From the human T2T-CHM13v2.0 reference genome, Homo sapiens, in the NCBI RefSeq assembly GCF_009914755.1, contig NC_060935.1: a stretch of DNA of 64,000 bases. One strand, given 5' to 3'. This document shows positions 57,085-64,000 of this stretch, in pieces. The position numbers and the translations under genes are program-made. Below the pieces are notes generated by a model. It searched no databases. It saw only the letters and a program-made list of their open reading frames with translations, and was not told where the DNA came from. Numbering within the stretch: the first letter of the stretch is position 1; each line of letters opens with the position of its first letter.

Positions 57085-60000
57085 TACAGGAAGAATGGGT
57101 GCATATATAGACAGCCTTTCTGGACTGTGGTGATTACATCCCCATCACAGGTGCACCCTCCAGGTTCAGGCTTGCACAAGGGGAAATGTCACAATTCCTC
57201 TCTGCTTGGAACATAAATATCCAGCAGATGAAAAGAGGTGGCTGTCTGATCTGAATAGCTGGAATACTGGGTCAGGAGTGTTTCTGGGAAGTGGATAGGT
57301 TTCCTGCTGACCTGGCAAGGGAACTGAGGTGGCTCCTACTCTCCCCTCTGTTAAGACTTCAGTGCATTTCACTGACAGCTTCTCTAACCACCTCTGTCAA
57401 AGCTGGGACTTCTGCCCATCATTGGATATTGCATTCACCCACTGGGTTTAGCCATAACCAGTTTCTACTTGAAGACATCTCCAGATGTTTAGGCTTGAAT
57501 CCTGAACTATTCAATCCAGTAAATAAAATACTAGGGGAAATATAAATATATAAAAAATACATACCATGGGAGAATGAGATAAGCTTCAAAAGAACTTATG
57601 TAAAGTCTTCAACCCTTAAAGCACCAAGAGCTGAATGAGGCTATAATAAACTATAAACATAAAAGTCACATCATTAAGGGGAAAAAGGAATGATAAAAAA
57701 TACCGTCAAATAAAAAATAATTTCAAAAATAAGAAGTCTATGCAAATGAGAAGGAACCAGAAACATAATTTTCATAATATGACAGATCTGTAGCACTCCC
57801 AAAAGATCACCCTTAGCCCTCCAGCAGTCAATCCAAACCAAGATTAAGTCATTGAAATACCAGATAAAGAATTCAAATGGTTAATTATTAAGCTGCTCAA
57901 GAAGATACCAGAGAAAGATGAAAGCCTATATAAAAAAATTTAAAAAATCAAAAATGAATGAAAATTTTTCTAAAAAGATAGATGTCATAAGGAAAAACCA
58001 ATCAGAACTGCTGGAAATGAAATGAATTACAAGATGTATTGGAAGTGTTAATAATAAAGTAGAACAAGTAAAAGAAAGAATGTCAGTGCTCAAAGACAGG
58101 GCTTTTTAATTAACCCAATCAGATAAAAATAAAGCAAAATGAATCAAAAGAAATGAACAAAGTCTCCAAGAATCTGTAAGATGGCCAACCCTAAGAATAA
58201 TCGGTATTCCTGAGGGAGACGAGAAAGCAAAATGTTTGGAAAATTTATTTGAGGAAATGATCGAGATAAACTTCCCTGGCCTTGCTAGAGATTTAGATAT
58301 CCAAATACAAGAAGTGCACAGAATTCCTGGGAGATTAGTTGCAAAAAAGTCATCACCAAGGTGTATAGTTATCAAGCTATGTAAAGTCAATATAAAGGAA
58401 AAATTCTAATAGCAATTAGACAAAAGCATCAGATAACTCATAAAGGAAAACCTATCAGACTAACAGCAGTCTTCTCAGCACAAACCGTAGAAGCCAGAAG
58501 AAATTGGGGTATTATCCTTAGCCTCCTTCATACAGAATAACTGTCAGTGAATAACTTTGTATCCAGAAAAATTAAGTTTCATAAATGAAGGAGAAATAAA
58601 ATTATTTACAGATAAATGCTGAGAGAATTTGTCACTACCACAGTACCCTTACAAAAAATTCTAAGAAGTTATAAATCTTGACATAAACGTCTTATATGCA
58701 CCAAAACAGAACTTTTCAAAGGCACAAAACTCAGAGGGCCTATAAAACAATTACACAATGAAAACAAATAAGTATATAGGTAACAATGAACAGGATTAAT
58801 TGAAGAGTACCACACATCTTAATAACTTTGTTGAATATAATTGGCCTAAATGCTCCACTTATGTAATATAGATTGTTAGAATGGATTAAAAAATGACAAA
58901 CCAAATATATGCTGTCTTCAAGAGACTCATCTAACAAAGAAAGATTCATATAAACTCAAGGTACAGGGGTAGAAAAACAGATTCCATGCAAATGAACACC
59001 AAATGCAAGCAGGAATAGCTATTCTTATATCAGATGAAACAGGCCTTAAAGCAGCAACAGAAAAAAAAGACAAAGAATGTCATTTTATATTGATGGAAGA
59101 ATCAGTCCAACAAGATGACATTACAAATCTAAATTCATATGCACCTAACATTGGAGCTTCCAGATTTATAAAATGATTACTACTAGACCTAAGAAATGAG
59201 ATCGACAGCAACACAATAATAGTGGAGGACTTCAATATACTACTGATAGTGCTAGTCAGATCATCAGCAAAAAATGTCAACAAAGAAACAATAGCCTAAT
59301 GTACACTCTAAAATAAATGAACTTGACAGATGTTTACATAACATTCTACCTAAGAACAGCAGAATATACATTGTTCTTATCATGACACAGAACATTCTCT
59401 TAACTAGACCATATGATAGGCCACAAAACAACTCTCAATGAATTTTAAAAATTGAAATCATATCAAGTACATAAAGAGATTAATCTAGATATCTACTTTA
59501 AAAGGAACCTCCAAGACAAAACAAACATGTAAAAATTAAACGATCTGCTCCTGAATTATTTCATGGTTAATCATGAAATCAAGATGAAAATTTAAAAATT
59601 CTTTGAAATGAATAATAATAGTGTCACAAGTTATCAAATCCTCTGGGACCCAGCAAAAGCAGTGCTAAGAAGAAAGTTTACAGTGCTAAATGCCTACATT
59701 AAAAAGTCTAAAGGATCACAAATTGACAACCTAATACTGTACTTCAGAGAAACAAGGACAAACTAAACCCAAAGCTAGCAAAAGAAAACAAATAACAAAT
59801 ATCAGAGCAGAAATAAGTGAAATTAAAACAGAAAACACACAAAAGATCAATGAAACAGAAAGATGGTTCTTTGAAGAGATAGAAATAATTGATAAGCCAT
59901 TAGCTATATTAACCAAGAAATCATTCAAATAAGCTCAATTAGAAATGAACTTGTAGACATTACCACCAATACCACATAAATAATAAAGATGGTTTGTGAC

Positions 60001-61817
60001 TACCATGAACATCTCTATGCACACAAAGTAGAACACCTAGAAGAAATGGACAAATTCATGGAAACATACAACCCTCCTAGATTAAGTCAGGAAGAAATAT
60101 AAATCCTGAGTAAACCAGTAACAAGCAGTAAGATTGAATCAGTAATAAAAAATTTGCCATCGAAAAAAGAACAGAGGCCCAGATGGATTCACAGGTGAAT
60201 CCTACTAGACATTCAAAGAAGAATTAGTACCAATTCTACTGAAACTATTCCAAAAGATTGAGAAAGAGGTAATCCTCCCTAAGTCATTACTTGAAACCAG
60301 TATCACCCTGATACACAAACCAGGAAAGAACATATCAAAGAAGGAAAACTACAGGCCAATACCTTGGATGAACATAGATGCAGATATCTTCAACAAAATA
60401 CCAGCTAACCCAATCCAATAGCACATCAAAAATAATAATAATAATACATCATGATCAGGTGGGTTTCATCCCAGGGATGCAGGGATGGCTTAACATATGC
60501 AAGTCAATAAATGTGATACATCACATAAATAGAATTAAAAACAAAAACCATATGATCATCTCAATAGATGCAGAAAAAGCATTTGAAAAAATCCAGCATC
60601 CATTTAAAATAAAAGCCCTAAAAAAACTAGGCATAGAAGTGACATACCTCAAAATAATAAAATCTGTATATAAGAAACCCACTGCCAACATCATACTGAA
60701 TGGGGAAAAGTTGAAAACATTCTCCCTGAGAACTGGAACAAGATAAGGAGGCTCACTTGCACCCCTCTATTCAACATAGTGCTAGAAGTTCTAGCCAGAG
60801 TAATCAAGCAAGAGAAGGTAAAAAAGAGAATCCAAATTGGAAAAGAGGAAGTCAAACTATCACTGCTCATGGATGATGTGATTTTTTACCTAGAAAACCC
60901 TAATGACATTTCCAAAAACTCCAAGATTTGACAAATAAATTTAGTGAAGTCTCAGGTTACAAAATCAAGTTACCCAAATCTGCTATACACCAGAAATGGC
61001 CAAACTGAGAATCAAATTAAGAACTCAATCTCTTTTTGCAATGGCTGCAAAAATAAAATAAAATAAAATACCTAGAAATTTACTTAACCAAGGAGTTAAA
61101 AGGTCTGTACAAGGAGAACTAAAAAACACTATGAGAGAAATCACAGATGGCACAAACAAATGGAAACACATTCCATGCCCATGGATGGGAAGAATCAATA
61201 TTGTGAAAATGACCATGCTGCCCAAAGCAATATACAGATTGAATGCAATTCCATCAAAATACCAACATCATTCTTCACAGAATTAGGGATAATATCCTAA
61301 AATACATATGGAATCAAAAAAAGAGCCAGAATAGCCAAAGCAATCCTAAGCATAAAGAACAAACCTAGAGACATAATGTTACCAGACTTCATATTATACT
61401 TCAAGGCTAAAATTACCAAAACAGCATGATACTGGTATAAAAATAGGCATATAGACAACTGTAACAGAATGGAGAACCCAGAAATAAAGCCAAATACTTA
61501 CAGCCCACTGATCTTCAATAAAGCATGCAAGAATATAAATTGGGGAAAGACACCCTATTTAGCAAATGGTGGTGGGAAAACTGGCTAGCCACATGTAGAA
61601 GAAGGAAACTGGATTCCTCTCATCTAATAAAAACAACTCAAGATGTACCAAATACTTAAATCTAGTATCTGAAACCATAAAAATTATATAAGTAGCCTTG
61701 GAAAAAACTCTTCTGGACATGTCCAGAAAAGCAATTCATCATGAAGACCTCAAAAGCTAATGCAACAAAAACAAAAGTAGATAAATGGGACCTAACTAAG
61801 CTAAAAAGCTTCTGCAC

Positions 61818-61852
<35 letters not shown>

Positions 61853-62822
61853 CTGAGTAAATAAACATCTTACAGAATGGGAGAATATATTTGCATATCC
61901 TGCATCCAACAAAAGACTAGTATCCAGAAACTACAAGGAACTCAAACAAACCAACAAGAAAAAAAAACAAAAAAAACACATCATCCCATGAAAAAGTGGG
62001 CAAATTACACGACCAGTCATTTCTCCAAAGAAAATATACAAATGACCAACAAATGTGTGAAAACATTCTCAACATCACTAATCATCAGGGAATGCAAATT
62101 AAAACTACAATGAGATTCCACTTTATTCCTGCTAGAGTGGCCATTGTTAAAAAGTCAAAACCCAATATATGTTGGCATAGATGTGATGAAAAGGGAATGC
62201 TTATATACTGCTGATTGGAAAGTAAATTACTACTACCTCTCTGGAAAACAGTATGGAGATTCCTTAAAGAACTAACAGTAGATATACCATTTCATCCAGC
62301 AATTTCAGTGCTGGCTATCTTCCCAAAGGAAAAGAAGTCATTATATAATGCTATATAACATTATATAACAAAGACACATTCACACATATGTTTATTGCGG
62401 CACAATTTACAATTGCAAAGATGTAGAACCAACCTAAGTGCCCATCGACCAGTGAGTGGATAAAGGAAATGTGATGTAATAATAAAAGGAACAAAATACT
62501 ATATTTTGCAGCAACTTGGATGGAGCTGGAGGTCATTGTTTTAAGTGAAATAACTCGGGAAAGGAAAACCAAATACCATATGTTCTCACATATAAGTGGG
62601 AGATAAGCTATGTGCACACAAAGACATACAGATTGATGTAAGGGACTTTGAGATTCAACAGGGGGAGAGGAGAGAAGGGGAGTGTGGGATTTAAAAACTG
62701 CATATTACAAACAATGTACACTACTCAGGTGACAGGTGCACTAAACCTCATAATTCACCACTATATAATTTATCCATGTATCCAAAAGCTACTTGTATCC
62801 CAAAAGCCACTGAAATAAAAAT
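55135..62822 (+). mobile_element. Near-full-length L1PB (L1PB4-like), about 7.7 kb, ORFs disrupted
   Basis: 5' AAGATGGCAGATTGG followed by a long GC-richer 5'UTR; ORF1- and ORF2-like pieces ([43 protein letters not shown]); 3'UTR ACAATGTACACTACTCAGGTGACAGGTGCACTAAA...CCCAAAAGCCACTGAAATAAAA. Confidence 0.9.
56946..57082. repeat. TA-rich compound array ending in (AT)23
   Basis: AAGCATATATAT-type units, then pure AT from 57037 to 57082. Confidence 0.95.
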
Positions 62823-62989
62823 ATTTAAATAAGATTTTAAAAAATTAATGTTTATCGGGCATCCACTGTATCTCAGACAACTCTTAGCCTTTTTCAACAT
62901 CCCTATAAAACTTTTATTCAAAAGCATAGATTATAATAGATAATACTTGTTGTTTTTCATATATCAGTCTTACTCTAAATAATTTACAT

Positions 62990-63240
62990 GTTAACACACT
63001 TAATCCTTATGCTAAATTCATGAGGTAAGTGCTATTTTAATTTTTATGTTAATAGTAAGGAAACAGAAGCAAAAAGGTTAAAAACCCTTTCAATATTATA
63101 GCTAGTAAATAACACAGCTGAAAATGGAACCCAAGCAAGTTTCTCCAGATGGGAAGGTTATGGTTATATGGATGAAATAACTTGACCAGCTTCACAATTG
63201 ACAAAGAGTGGCACCAAAATTTAAACCCAAGACTTTCACC
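62990..63240 (-). mobile_element. MIR fragments
   Basis: TTAATCCTTATGC...ATGAGGTAAGTGCTATT...AAGGAAACAGAAGC; AACTTGACCAGCTTCACA...TTTAAACCCAAG. Confidence 0.55.
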
Positions 63241-63441
63241 AATATTTTTTTCTATTGTATCTTTTTTTGCATAATAAGCCAAAAATAAGAAAAAAGAAAA
63301 TAATTAGATAATATTTTTGCTTAGCAATACAAACATCTAAGTCATAGATTAAAAATTAGTTTGTACTGAATATAAATAATTCATAGGTTGTAGTTATAAT
63401 TCATTCATTCACTCACTCAATAAATAGTACAGCCTATTATT

Positions 63442-63509
63442 ACTATTATTTTTATACTTTAAGTTTGGGATGTATGTGCATAATGTGCAGGTTTGTTACA
63501 TAAGTATAC
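63442..63509 (-). mobile_element. Extremely truncated L1PA 3' end (about 68 bp)
   Basis: TTATACTTTAAGTTTGGGATGTATGTGCATAATGTGCAGGTTTGTTACAT; TSD ACAGCCTAT(T/G)ATT at 63429-63441 and 63510-63522. Confidence 0.85.
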
Positions 63510-64000
63510 ACAGCCTATGATTAAATCACAATGATCATATCAACCACCTCTACAAACATCTAGCAACTTTAACTACACTGAGACACTTGGCATTAGAGAG
63601 TTAATAGTGTGATACTAAATAGTAATAATAATATTTAAATTCTTAATTTGGATTGTCAAGGCATAAGGATGAAATGTTTTCAGCATAAACAGCCCTTACA
63701 TGGAGAAACCAGAAGGTCTTCTCAGAAAGTAGTCAAGTCATTGGCTGACACACACACTGCAGAACCCATTTATTTGCCTGATACCAGCCTGTAAAATGCA
63801 AACTTAACCTCTTGATCTCCTTGATGTTAAAGGACATTTCCCTCCAACTCCTCACAAAAATAATGCTCAAATTTTCATACTACAGCTAGAAAAAAAATGC
63901 ACTTTTACACTGGTAACATAGAAGCTAGAATTCTCTCAGGTTCTATTTGAGGCTTACAACTCATGATTCTCGACTCCTTCCAAATACTCACCCACTCAAT

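Noticed and set aside
55112-62856. TSD for the L1PB4 (AAATT..TGTTTAT on both sides)
   Set aside because: Too degenerate and AT-rich to support.

Overview
This is AT-rich, repeat-dense primate genomic DNA, almost certainly human, because it carries an AluYb8 (a human-specific subfamily) that appears to match the consensus. I cannot support any host protein-coding gene, tRNA/rRNA gene, CpG island or CRISPR array; the window reads as intergenic or deep-intronic. Most of it is transposable-element derived. There are four Alus (2 AluJ, AluY, AluYb8). The L1s include a near-full-length L1PA5/6-like element nested in an L1PB, a near-full-length L1PB4-like element, a 5'-truncated L1PA2-4-like element and several old L1M pieces. 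MaLR (MLT1/MST) and ERVL (MLT2) LTRs, MER58, L2, L3/CR1, MIRs and microsatellites make up the rest. Every ORF with recognisable homology in the track is an L1 remnant (ORF1, ORF2 or antisense ORF0). I found no convincing novel biological system. The best leads are a probably polymorphic AluYb8, an open ORF0 frame in the L1PA antisense promoter, a MaLR LTR at the junction of a ~300-bp duplication with no normal TSD, other short local duplications, a TA array flanked by TSD-like repeats, and two candidate splice-bounded exons. Subfamily calls come from remembered consensus features without running an alignment, and the boundaries of old elements are approximate.
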